Shown one piece after another: positions 1-12,154 of a stretch of DNA of 37,155 bases. Each line of letters begins with the position of its first letter. Positions within the stretch are counted from its first letter, which is position 1. The position numbers were made by a program, and so were the translations under genes. This DNA is from Collodictyon triciliatum (taxonomy: Eukaryota). The notes under the pieces are model-generated. The model worked only from the letters and a program-made list of their open reading frames with translations, made no database searches and was not told the DNA's origin. Location of the stretch: positions 1 through 37,155 of the forward strand of contig JBHJMP010000873.1 of assembly GCA_043381765.1 (NCBI GenBank), in the 5' to 3' direction.

Positions 1-417
1 TTTCTATCTCCCACACATCACCACCTACTTTGGAACTACTTGCCTGATGGTTGAATGAAAGATTGTTGAGACGGGCTCAACAGCTAAGACTTTTAGAATA
101 AAAAAAAATTATAATGGAACATCAATTTTTTATCTTCAATTTTTTTTTAATTTTATTATATTATTTTTTTTTAAAAAAAATAATAAGTAAAAGGTAGGGT
201 TGCTCTGAATGGTCTGTTGGGAGAAGATTGCATGAAAATCTTATGAGGGGGGTTCCAGGAACAAGACGAAAGTATCAATCAAGGGGCGAATAGAAAAGCG
301 TGTAACGCGATGATACTTTGAACGGAGTAGGTTGGCTTTGACCCATTTCTGCTAATCTCTTCATCCCATCAAGAGTAAATTTTCTTTCTGGATTTTTTTT
401 CTCCAAAGAAGCGGTTG

Positions 418-2733
418 TTACGAGGACTTACTGAAGTGACGTAAAGCGATATATGTATAACATCGCATAGAGATAATAAAGAGAAGCAAAATGCCAATAT
501 ATTGCCCAACAGAAAACTCTACCATATACTTTTCCAGTATTTGTTCGTGGGGTATAAACTCTGCATCGGGACATACCTCGTACTCTGAATAATAATTCGG
601 ATCTTTAGAACAGGAGAATTTAATATCACCAGACACATCAACCTTAAGCAACACACCAAAGGCATAAGGAAAGAATGAGGCATATCTGAGTTGTCGTATC
701 CCATTTGGTATTCTATCTATTTGGGCAAAGAATCCAGTCAATAGACAAGATGCAATCATTAACGTGACAGCTACGATAATTGATTTTTCAAAGTCTGGTA
801 CTGTTGCACTTATTGCAAGGCCCAGCGATTGTGCTGTGAGGCAATTAAGGAGAAAGCAAAACCAGAACAGAAAAAAGTGAGCAGGGTCTGGATTCAGCCC
901 TGTGACCCAGTAAATTATCAAAAGAGAAAACGATGGCCACAACAGTTCAAAAGGAAGCTCTGCTGTTGATTTTGCGAGGTAATAAGCGAGAAGTCTATAT
1001 GACCCTGAAGCTCTTTCTTTGATTAAAATATCCCGCTCTCCTGGAAATGAACCTAGCGCACCGAATAGTGATTCAAAAGGCCAGTTGGTGGTGAGAAAGA
1101 AAATAGCACCGATGCGATTCTCTATACTCTCTTCCTGTGTTCCAACCTGGAACCAAATAGCACCGAAAATGATTGATAGGGCAATGTTCTGCCAAAACAA
1201 TATGGATTTGATAGTCTGGCCACGCTTTAGTTTAGATGCTCTGGAACAGAGAACTTGATACTGTTGCCAAAGACTTGTGGGCCATACAGTTTCTTCGTTT
1301 TGGGTCTGGAATTGAATTTTTGCTAGGTTTTGTCCTTCTGTTGGAAGAGTCCTGCTGTTGAAAACTGGCTCTATGGAAAATGCAGGCGCTCCTGAATGTC
1401 CACAATCTACATCAATGTCTTTTTCTATTATGTGCCCACTTTTTCTTTGGCTCTCAACATATGCTTCGATTGAGGAAACAATTGTAGACTTTACCTCTTT
1501 CTCATACTTACTGATCAAGTTTTTTTTGGATGAATCGGAGTTGGGATATCTTGGAGGTGTTGCATGTGCCACTATATCATATTTTGGCAACTCTTGGTCA
1601 CATAGTAGATCCATCAAGTAATCTGCTATGTTAAAACCAGAAGGGCATATGTAATCCAAACTCGAAAAGTAAGATATAGCCATCTTGGCTTGCCCTTGGT
1701 ACGCAATGTGGCCATCAGCCAGAAGAATTAATTGGTCCAGCATGGCAAACATCTGGCTGGATGGTTGGTGGATAGAGAGAATGATGGTTTTGCCCTGCTC
1801 AGCAAGTTTCTTGAGTGTTACAAGTAAGAGGTAAGCAGTGGAAGAGTCAAGACCAGATGTGGGCTCGTCAAGCATGAGTACGCTTGGGTCTGTGATAAGC
1901 TCATTTCCGACATTGACTCGCTTACGCTCCCCACCAGACACTCCTCGTTGCAGCGAGCTTCCTATGATTGAATCAGCACATTTTTCAATTCCGAGGGTGG
2001 TGATAACGTCATCTACGCGCTGCAACTTTTGCTCCCGAGTCATCGAGTTCGGTAGGCGTAGGAGGGCGGTGATTGTAAGAGTCTCACGGGCAGTAAGAGC
2101 TCCAAAAAGTATGTCGTCCTTTAACAAGAGCAAATGGGATTAGACAGCGAAATTATGTTGCATAGACACATATTTTGGTAAAGAAGGAAGGTAACAAGTA
2201 ATAGAAGGACTTTTGTATACCTGCATGACAAAGCCGACGAATTTCTTGATTTGTTTTGTCTTCGGAGCCCCGTTGTAGAGGATGTCTCCAGACAGAGACC
2301 CGCTTTTAATCCGATTACCTAAAACGCTAAGGAGTGTGGTTTTGCCGGAACCTGACGGGCCCATCACGGCAGTTATTTTTCCAGGTAGTGCAGAGCCGCT
2401 AATAGATTGTAAGACTTTCTTCGAATGAGGTTGTTTGGGGCTGGTAGATGTTAAATTATCATTTTTTGGGACAGTTCCATGCATAGATGTTTCTTCTGCG
2501 TCGAAGCCCAACAAATTCTTTGCACTCGTTGCGATATGGCGAAGGGAGCTTTTTAACCCATCTAGAGTACCTTGTGGCACTAATATACGAACTGTGTAAT
2601 CGATGTTGTAAAAATCTACACGAAGAGGTGTGCTCTGTGACCAAACTTTAACGAGGCTGCCTTTCGAACTCAAGTTGGCACTGCCATTGTGCTGGGTGAG
2701 ATCCGGTTTCTCAGGGGCCGCCTCAATGACACT
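418..2733 (-). CDS. ABCG-family half transporter (NBD-TMD); exons 2733-2221 and 2118-418
   Basis: Walker A GPSGSGKTT. Q-loop VMQ|DD is joined across a phase-0 GT..AG intron at 2220-2119. Signature VSGGERKRV, Walker B MLDEP, H-loop SIHQP, then a hydrophobic ABC2 membrane domain ending at TAA 420-418. The exon starts right after a TAG acceptor (2736-2734) with no ATG before the first NBD strand (LRVDFYNIDYTV). Confidence 0.96.
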
Positions 2734-2879
2734 CTATACATACATTAGACTTCATTGGTCAATTAAGGTGTTGTTTATTTATTATAAAAATAAGCAAAAT
2801 TATTGTGATAAATGACTTTGTAAGAATCAGTGAATGCAAGAAATAAACGCCCTACTAAAATGAATGAATATTTAATTAC

Positions 2880-3468
2880 CAGCGAATTGTGTGCGAGGAT
2901 GCTAGTCTTTGTGACATCAATTTGCATGGCTATGTGATATACAGGTTGTCCCTGGCTATCAAGCAAAGGCTGGGCGTCCAAGTAGTTCCAGTACGGCAAC
3001 CCATCGTCTCCATAGTCCAATACAACATTCTTTGCTTCACAAGCTTCTGGTGAAGACATGGATAACGATCTAATGTTTTCGTTATTATATAATATTATAT
3101 TATGTTATGTTATATTCTACTCGTGGTCGAGTTTGAAGAGCCTTATGATACCGATTTAATGGAGATGATCACGAAATACGATAGCTAACTGCATATATGG
3201 GTAATAATATGGACACTAACTGAGCAACTTCAACACGCGGCGTCACAGAACCCTGTCTGCGGTGGTAATAATGTCCATCCAACTTCAACATGTTGAACTG
3301 TGAACTCTCAAAGAACTCGTGTGACGCAGCAACTACCGGACAATCAGCCAGCTGCGGATTAAGAAGCACAAAGCACGGCGATATTGAATTTAGAGACTCT
3401 ACCAAATCGGTGTCCACGGCAGGCGGCAAACTTAATGCATCACGGGTGGTCGCCAGGAGGGTTGGTGG
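2880..3468 (-). CDS. Degenerate LOV/PAS domain exons (about 3468-3221 and 3069-2880); probable N-terminal part of the ABCG gene
   Basis: The spliced sequence CFVLLNPQLADCPVVAASHEF..GHYYHRRQGSVT..VVLDYGDDGLPYWNYLDAQPLLDSQGQPVYHIAMQIDVT follows the LOV consensus (FVITDPRLPDNPIIFAS..GRNCRFLQG..NY.K.G..FWN....P..D..G....IGVQ.DVT). Phase-2 intron 3220-3070 (GTTAGT..TAG) and phase-0 intron 2879-2734 (GTAATT..CTAAT..TAG) both preserve frame. The 5' boundary is uncertain. Confidence 0.8.
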
Positions 3469-3707
3469 CTTTGGTGTGAAGTATAGTCGTCATTCATAGT
3501 TCATAAAGGCTACGTAAATCATGGAATGCCTGGAACCTTTGCTGTTGGTGGAAGGCCGTGATTATTTTTGCTGCGGCCGAGGAGACGAGGCATCAGAAAG
3601 CAGAGTAGCTTAGTGTTCTTGTTTACTGGTGAAGTGTAAGGCGGCTCTGTAAAATGTATCGAAGTTTGTTTGTTTGTTTTGTTTGATTGATTGTGTTTTA
3701 TTTTTTT

Positions 3708-3815
3708 GTTTGTTTGTTTGTTTGTTTGTTTGTTTGTTTGTTTGTTTGTTTGTTTGTTTGTTTGTTTGTTTGTTTGTTTGTTTGTTTGTTTGTTTGTTTG
3801 TTTGTTTGTTTGTTT
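3708..3815. repeat. (GTTT)27 microsatellite
   Basis: Perfect tetranucleotide run, with degenerate copies at 3664-3700. Confidence 0.97.
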
Positions 3816-4570
3816 GAGGCTATCAATAGGAGTAATCGTTGTTGGTTGTGGCTGTGTGGGCATATCCTGTGTGACGAAGTGGAAGTGCTTGACAATCCCT
3901 TTACTTCCGCTGGTTGGCTGTGGTTGTCGGCTTTATATCTTGAAATTGTGGGGATTACGGCGGGTGGGGAATGGGATAGGAGACGGGCGCTGGCTTTGTG
4001 TCTACTCCTGGTATATTCCAGAGAAAAATTCATTTGGCCAGCTTCACTGAATCCTTTTCGTGTCGTTTGGGCTTCCTTGGAGTTTGAATTTATATTATCC
4101 GGATTGGTCATGTTGACTTTAGCGTGGCCACCATCTCGTATGTGGTTCATGGGCTCTGTGTCTTAATTATTACTGGAATATAATTTAATAATGATAATTT
4201 TATTTTAATTACCCATTTATAAAGTATCGAATATATATTTATGGATCAATAACTAAATCTAGATCATTATGTCGTGAACCAGCACCAATCCACTAAATCA
4301 AGTCTCGTGTCAGAGAACCGCAAGCAGAGGCTAAGCAAAACAGAAGCAACCCGAGCCAAGAGACTTACCCGAAAGATAACTGTGCCAATGCTAGGAAAGT
4401 AGCCATCACTTAGGCCCCCTTTCACCACCACACCACACAACCTCTGAGATTGGAACATGATCTGCTGTTTTCCAACACCTGAAGAGCAACTTCCTAGCAA
4501 TAAATAGTAATATTAAAAAAAAAAAAATAAGTATATATAAACGCCGCAACAGGGAAATACACCAGCAAAG

Positions 4571-5708
4571 ATGTCGTTCTTTGGCTTGACAATGCTCGGA
4601 CCCAACAGCCAATCCATCCTTGGTGAGCAGTCGTTGCAATTGCTTTCCATACATTCCTTCGGTGACGAGATTCTGAAGGAGGCGTTCCGGCAGGTGGATG
4701 CAGAGGACAGAGGCGTGATCTCCCGGGTAATAGACCCTTAGATACACCCCACTTTGGCCCTTGGATGATAAAGATAATGATAATGACAATGATAATGACA
4801 ATGATAATGACAATGATAATGACAATGATAATGATAATGATAATGACAATGATAATTGTTATTGTAATTGAATTCGCTATGACAACAATTACAATCTTCA
4901 CTTCAATACGTGGATATGTTATGGAAAGAGATTAGCATAAAGTGAGATAAATCTTTAAAACTGAGAAAATATGGCGCAAAAATAATAATAATAATGAAAT
5001 CGCCCCGGCAACCTTTGTGCTCTAGGACCAAGTCACCTTGTTTCTCGGGCTTTTGTACGAGGGGGGAAGTGTCCCTCAGCAAGAGGAGATGATGTTCACA
5101 ACATACTTTGAAACAGCCAAATCAGACGACATCACTTACCCGCAGATGCTGCAGGCTGTCCAGATGGTTCGAGGTAACCAGTTCCGTTGCTTTTCGAATC
5201 ACACCAGTATATTGGCACAGACGGACTTTTCGTGTGAGTAGGCTTGTAACATAAATGTCCGGTATATCAGCAAGAATCCCTCAAACAAATGCCGCCCGCA
5301 AGTTCGATTCGTACGAGCAACTGAAAGCCTTCAAGCACAAGCACCAGAGAATCGAGACCGATCCGAACCAAATGTACCAGCAGCCGGTCACATCATCTCA
5401 AGGTGTATTATCATGTCTTCTCCTACTCGTTCTTTTATTTTTCACTGAAAATAGATAATGATATTAATATTAATATTAATAATTACGATTGACACACCCA
5501 CACAAAGAGTAACTTAATATATCAAAGAATATGGGTGGTATGACACATCGTCGTCCAGCAAGGTTCCTCCAAATGCAAACAGCGGGACAAGCAGATGGGA
5601 CCCGTCTACGTGTGTATTAAGCAAATCATTCCTCTTTTCCTTCTTTATGTACATATGCACTGTTTTATTATCAGCGTTCCTTTCATTTTATCCACACGCA
5701 ACTTTTTT

Positions 5709-5739
<31 letters not shown>

Positions 5740-5894
5740 ATCCTTACTATCATGTTAATTCCACTAACATACTAAATGCATGTTCATTTCCAACCAGTTC
5801 ACGAAACCGTGTCGCTCCTCAAGACTTTTATGGCCATCGTGAATCGCAGGAATCGAAACACGCTGAGGCGGTTTATCGCGAGGATTATAAGTAA
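4571..5894 (+). CDS. EF-hand-containing TEX49/SPMIP11-like ciliary microtubule inner protein; exons 4571-4726, 5026-5173, 5271-5402, 5528-5609, 5798-5894
   Basis: Five exons join in frame through GT..AG introns: MSFFGLTMLG..EAFRQVDAEDRGVISRDQV (EF-hand-like)..SYEQLKAFKHKHQRIETDPNQMYQQPVTSSQEYGW..HRESQESKHAEAVY. The N-terminal MxFFxLxxLG and the PNQx[YF]xxPxTxxQxxxW motif resemble TEX49 as recalled. Confidence 0.75.
4775..4856. repeat. Intronic (ATGATA/ATGACA)n low-complexity repeat
   Basis: Tandem hexamer variants inside intron 1 of the TEX49-like gene. They produce the spurious SLSLSL and IIVII ORFs. Confidence 0.9.
5713..5739. repeat. (TG)n microsatellite
   Basis: Dinucleotide run after poly-T in intron 4 of the TEX49-like gene. 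Confidence 0.9.
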
Positions 5895-6532
5895 ATAGCA
5901 CAATGACGAAAAGCAAAAGAAAAGACACGTGATGCTGACAATCAAATAAACCGTCTCATCGTAATTGAAGGCCACATTCGTTTTCTGTTGATAGAAAGAA
6001 CTAGCATAGAAATCGTATGGATTGAATGCAGTAGATATTACGAAGAGAAGCAAAAAGGAGGAGAGAATCAGAAGGAAAAAATGGCTTGCATATCTTAGTG
6101 TTCCCAAATAATGCCAAGTGGCCAGTTAATATTTTATTTATTTTATGCTTTCGTATGAGAAGCAAGTAAGGAGAAAAGATACTAATTTGCTGAAGCCCGC
6201 ACTGTCTTTCATCATTCGCGATAATCAATGCAGCAGAAAATAAACAAACTTTCTTTTATATATAAAACCCTCTCGTTTAGTAGGGTCAAAGTGAATAAAG
6301 TAGTAGCCCACGAGATATAAATACTGACGAGCATCGGCCGATGGTCTGAGATGAATCGTGTTTTTTCGAGGATACATTATTGGCTTTCGTTTGATTTGAC
6401 TAATGAGAAAGCTTTGGTCAATAAACTGTTTATCATAATGTTTATGACAGGAATATTTTACTTTATTTTTTAATATAAAAATTGTAATAGTAAAATAAAT
6501 AGAAATGTGCGAATGATACAGGAAAATAGCAT

Positions 6533-9500
6533 TCAAGAGGATTTACTGATAAAGGTTCGAAGCGAGTCTAGTTTTTGGAGAACTCGTTTTGCAAGAGCCA
6601 CATTAGACTCTGATATCTTTGCCAACGTCTCGGGGTTTGCCAGGAAATACCTGCGGCAGATGTAAAGAGTGAATATTGAGAATAAATAAGCAAATTAAAC
6701 TGTTGCTTTGGACAAAATGAATATTATCTATGTTGTAAGTGATGAGAGCCTTTTTTTTGTTTTTGTTTTATTGATACACTAGCCATACTTGAATTCCTCC
6801 AGAAAGTTATCAGCAATATATTTCCGAGCTACTTCGGAGGCAAGAGTGATTTTATCCAACACAATCAATGTACGATACATGCTACTTAAGTGTGTCGATG
6901 CTGCAATAAATAATTATTACATCAGCGATTTGTGATGTTTTCTTTCCTTTTATGTAGATATTTATCATTCAACGTAAAACCATATTTGTTACGTAGTGAT
7001 ATTGTTGTTTCGAATAGTTACAAACCAGTAGAGCTTTTTCCGAAAAGCTCGATAAGGTATACAACGAATCCAGATAACCGATTGAGGAAGAATGGTTGGT
7101 TGGTTATCAAAAGTAAATAGTCTTGCAAGCGAAATTCAACTTTTTCTGTTTTAGCCTAGCGATTCAAAGTATGTTTGTTTGTTTGTTTTGTTTTGTTTTG
7201 TTTTTAAAAAAAAAGTGGAATCGGACACCATTGAATCAGGAGGAGCAATAGTAAGAAAAATGAAATAAAAGAAATGAAACCTGTCTGAACAGCCCATCAA
7301 TCACTTCAAAAATCAGAGAAACTATTAATCTTGTTAGTGAGGTTTGGTTTGTCATTACATCTGTTTTCGGACTTTTGTCGGAAGCGTTGTAATCGCTTAT
7401 AGTGAGAAGTGCTTGTGTAAACTCGCTAATTGTACACGGGCTTTACATAAAAAGATGAGAAGAAAAATATTATTCCAAAAGCAAATGACGATGATATGAT
7501 AACCAACCCCTAGATTTACACACATGTTTACATTAAAAAAAATGTAGAGTTGCTTACGGTGGCCTTTTAACGAGATTCAGTCGTTCTGGTAGGGTATCTG
7601 AGCCTCGCAGCATGTACAAGACAAGCCTTAGCAGTGCAAGAATATATCTATTGAACCCGTCATTAGTTCGTTTGTTAGAAGAGAACATAATGTCATAATT
7701 AAATATATAGAAAGGGAGAAAAAAAATCATGTATTCGAATTTTCATGAGTATCCCAATTCCACAAAACTGGAGCTCTGCTGCTCGAATCACAGAATCCTT
7801 CTCTGTTCCCGTCGTGGATTCACGAACACCTGACAATCCTAGAGGAGGAAGAACATGCTTTCGAAGAGTCTGTGCATATATCGAGAGTGTATGTATTAAG
7901 CTCATGCATAATATTGGTACATTTCACTTCCGATGTAACAAAGCTGTTTGATAAGGCAAATACGGAGTCGGGTCTGTCGGAGGGTGCGTAGCTTGCAGAC
8001 GACCGGATGGATGGAGGAGCTGCCGGCGTGCTGGGTGGGTATGGACGGAGACTTCTCTGCGTGTTTGTACTTGGAGATGGCGGAGGGCGATTCGAAATAC
8101 CTGTGGGAGGACGGTAGAGCTCTCCTGTCGCTGACGACCTAAGGCCAGTGCGAGATAGCTGGTCGCCCGACGTGTTTGTCAAGTCACCAAAGTCTGATGA
8201 TGAAAAAGTGGTGGTGAGGTCGATGGAGCCCTGGGCCAGCATGCCGTTTGCCTCGCCAGTGCGCTGCTTCATGGACGTGGAGAGAGACCCAGCTGTTGGC
8301 AAAGGAGGGAGTGAATGCTTTGACGGTAGCTTTGGGAGATATGTGGCCACTAGTGAGCTTGAGTTGGATGTGCTTCTGGGAATCGAGGGTGATGGATTCG
8401 GTTTGAGTGCTGGACTCTGCTTGGCTGATATGACCGGGACATGGGGCCCAGGGCGGGGAGGTTCTGTGCGACGTTTTGGGCCGGAATCGACCGGGATGAG
8501 CGGTCTTCTTCCAATTGCTTTGCGTCCAGTCGGAGGAGGCTTTGATATAGTATCTGGGGTGACGAAAGGTTCGTGTGCCTGCTTCTGGATGGATTCAGCC
8601 AGCTTTGAGGCTGCAATCGAAGAATGGAGTCCAAGTGGCGGCAGTCTCAAAGTGTTGCGCTCGATGCGCTCCAACTGGAGTTGTCTCTCTATATTGGACA
8701 CAGGTGCTGATGAGCGAACATATGTGCTGGATGTGGATAGTACACTCGAAGGTCTTGATGATGGTCCTCGAAAAATGGGTGCAGATACCTTGATATATAT
8801 GTATGTGTGTGTTTTGTGTTATGTACTTGCGTATGATTTGCATATGCATTTATTATCTACACATATTATCTTTTTGTAGATGAAATTGCAGATTTCAATG
8901 ATGGTGTCTCTTTTTTATTTTTATTTTTTTATTTTTTGCTATGTGGTATATGACTAATAACATGAAAAAAAAGTGTTTATACCTGTGATATTGACATAGC
9001 ATCTATGCTCTTGGATGTGGAGCCCGATGAATTTGTATCACTGAAACCTTTTGCTATACGATGCATAGCTTCCATTCTTTGTTTCCGAAAATGAAGAGCT
9101 CGGGGCGAAGTCGACGTTGAAGAACCTTTATCCATCGCTCCATCCATAGATTGCCTCATAAATAGTGCAGACCGAAACTCCACTGGGGTTAAGAAAAATA
9201 ACGTGTCTTCGATGATGAAGCTGAAAATAAGCTCCGACTATATTTGATGAGACCATATGGATTAGTTTTCACTTTGTGACGCTAATAATCCTGTGAGACG
9301 ACGGAAAAGAGATACAGAAAGGAAGAGAGCGCATCACAGGACATAACATCATGAAAATATAATCTGAGATACTCCATACCTCGAAAAATAATTTTCGTAA
9401 TGGTAAGTGTCTTGTGGCTGCAACATGAAGTTCCTCTATTAAGTTGGTCTTGTACTTGACATCGTCTTGCTTTTCAGGTACAATAAGCTCATTCTCCAAA

Positions 9501-10828
9501 TCTCGGAATCGTGAGCGAAGTTGTTCGATACTGAGATGGTGAAAGGTTTTTTTTTTAAAAAAAAAAAAATAGAAAAGAAGAGAGGGGGAAGGAGCATGTT
9601 TTCCGAGTACTGAATTCCAAATATTAAGTTTTGGTCACGCATGGGACGGGCGTTATAACATATTTTAAAAGTCTAAATTCACTTATTGTAACGAATTTTA
9701 TTACTTTTTCTTCTAGACAAAATAAGAATAATCCATAGCTTGCTTTAAATCAAGTAAAAATATGAGAAAATCTGATTATTCATGTATTTAAGGTGGGGCT
9801 TACTCCAAAGTCTTGCGCTGTTCTTTGGCGATAGAACGGTTTGCTTCCTTTTTAGACTAAATGTATATAAAAAAATGTTGAAAGTTTGCGTTAGCAAATA
9901 CTCCTGAGTTTTGTTTTTATTAAAAAAAAAAATACAGCAAGTATTCAAGAGTCGTTTCTTTTATACCATCGCATGAGATTTCCATGTCTCTTCGATATGG
10001 TAATGAGCCTTTGATTCTTGAACGAATGTAAATATGTTCAATTCTATAAAATACAATAGAATACAAATTATTGTTGAATTGAAAAGTGCGGGTCATGCGT
10101 GTTAATGACAAATGTATTTCCAATTTTTCACCACAAATATTTTGTTGATATGCATTTGATGATGAAATCAATATCCTCATAGTTATGACATATAAATACC
10201 TCCTAGTTGTTTTTTCTGATTATCTTTGAAGAATGTAAGGACGATATGAAAGCTGTTTGCTGACAGATTTTCTTCCAAGAAGTTTGCACCGTCTTTTCCA
10301 ATTCGCGCCCCATGGTCTTTAAGGATAACCTGTAGGTGTAAATCAATAAAGTAAATGGAAAGGTTGGAAAATGAATAGAGTTTTTTTAACATACATTCAT
10401 GGGTGATGCCAATATAACCAAACCTCATGCACATGAGAAAAAGATATTGTTGGATTCAGAACTGGATCTTTGGCATTTAGTGGAATCAAATAAAGGTAGT
10501 TTGCTGTCACGACACAATGACGAAAATCTGGACCGATTTGTATCTTATCAAAATTAACACGATAACTGACGAATAAGGCAATATCGTTTTGAAGAAAAAG
10601 AGGAAAATATGAACTAGCAATATCTTTGGACTTGATCCATATCAAAGTCAGTCAATTATAGATGACATCACCAATTACATGAGGTATTACAAACACCATA
10701 CTTTTTTTCCCTTGATCATATTCAATCACTGTTTCATAGTGACGCATAGAGTCGTACACATCTCCAGGCAAAATACGCTTTAGTAACGATGTTGTTTTTG
10801 GATTCAGATCAATCGATTGATGTGGGGG
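6533..10828 (-). CDS. C12orf56/DUF4551-like protein, multi-exon (~14 exons), first exon unresolved
   Basis: In-frame spliced blocks LLKRILPGDVYDSMRHYE, FRHCVVTANYLYL, NFLEENLSANSFHIVLTF, ELNIFTFVQESKAHYHIEETW, LIEELHVAATRHLPLRKLFF, AAELQYILALLRLVLYMLRGSDTLPERLNL and YIADNFLEEFK|YFL occur in the same order as blocks I recall from human C12orf56. Stop TGA at 6535-6533. Confidence 0.75.
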
Positions 10829-12154
10829 CTGCGATATACGTAAGATATAGATTATGCGATATGGAGGAAATAGGTCGCTAGAATGGTCTGAGGAAAAGGT
10901 GGTGTGCGTTTTCTCAACTGTATAGTGTGTTAAAAAAACAGAGATCATAAGGAAAATGAATAAGGAAACCAAACATATGTAGAGATTAATCACAAGAGAT
11001 ATTATTAAGACGTCCTGGATCGTTGTATAATTACCATATTTTATTGCTTCAAGTTACCAGCAGAGTGGCCTCCAAGGCATAACAGGGCCTTTATCTGGCC
11101 ACCAAAGTCTACGGCACGTGATAATTAGAGATGAAAAAGTCATGCTTAAAGCGTATATTTTTTAACAACACGTTCTGGTACTTTTCCACGCAATGGTAAA
11201 AGACCTTTGGAAAAAAATGCTAGAGCAGAAATAAGACTCCAGGTGATTGTGTATTGATTGCCAAAGTCATTCTTTGAAAGAAAGAAAAAAGGCTTGCCAA
11301 GTTGGATCATATATAGCAAAAAAAAAAAAAATTATAAGCAAGAGAGGGCGGGGAAGAATACGGTAATGGATGAAGAGTCAACAATAGGATAATTCAGGAG
11401 AAGGTTGAGGGCTTCGGTACCGCCTAGTCAACCTCATTTACACCTTATTTATTGACACAGAGCGATAATGAAGTCCAAAACTAATCGTAAGAAGGAGAAA
11501 GAAAAAAGAAAACATTGGAAAGAGTCTATCAAATTGGAAAAAAAATGCCTTTAAAGAAAGACCAGAGAAATAAGTAAAAAGAAGATAGGCAACTGATTGA
11601 ATAGTTAGAGGAAACGGGAAAGGATTGGACTTGGGATGAGAGGAGGAAAGTCTAGGAGCAACGTATTCTGTTTCTTTGTCTTTTCTGCATCTGCAACACA
11701 ACACTCTTTGGATCCGATCGCAAACGCACAGGAAACATCGCCACGCAGCAAAAGGACAACCAAGAAAGCGGAACACACAAAAACGGCTGCAAGAGACTTT
11801 CCAGAAATGGTCTGTGATGGACTCGCCATTTCAGAAATATACCGTAAAAAAAATATGGGAATCAGGCTGCCCAGCTTCGGTACTGGAAACGGTTTTGACT
11901 CTTTTTCATCTCCTCATGTGATTTACCTCCACTTGAATCGAATAAAGGAAAAAAAAAAATAAAATAATCTCATGTGATTTCCTTCGTTTGCCAACCCTCT
12001 CTCGCAATCCCAAGTATCGATTTTTTTAAAAAAAATTAATTAATAAAAAATTATTTTAGATACGAGCTAAGTAACTTCTCGTCCAGTTTTATATGAGCTG
12101 AATGCATTATGCAACAACTTATTGATATGTTTCGTCAGAGGGGGCTCTCTCGAC

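Noticed and set aside
3687-4166. Plus-strand ORFs with LFVC repeats; likewise the FILYPLS and poly-F ORFs near 29420-29961 and 31984-32343
   Set aside because: Translations of microsatellites.
8148-8879. 243-aa plus-strand ORF
   Set aside because: Antisense to the Pro/Ser-rich exon that splices in frame into the DUF4551-like gene.
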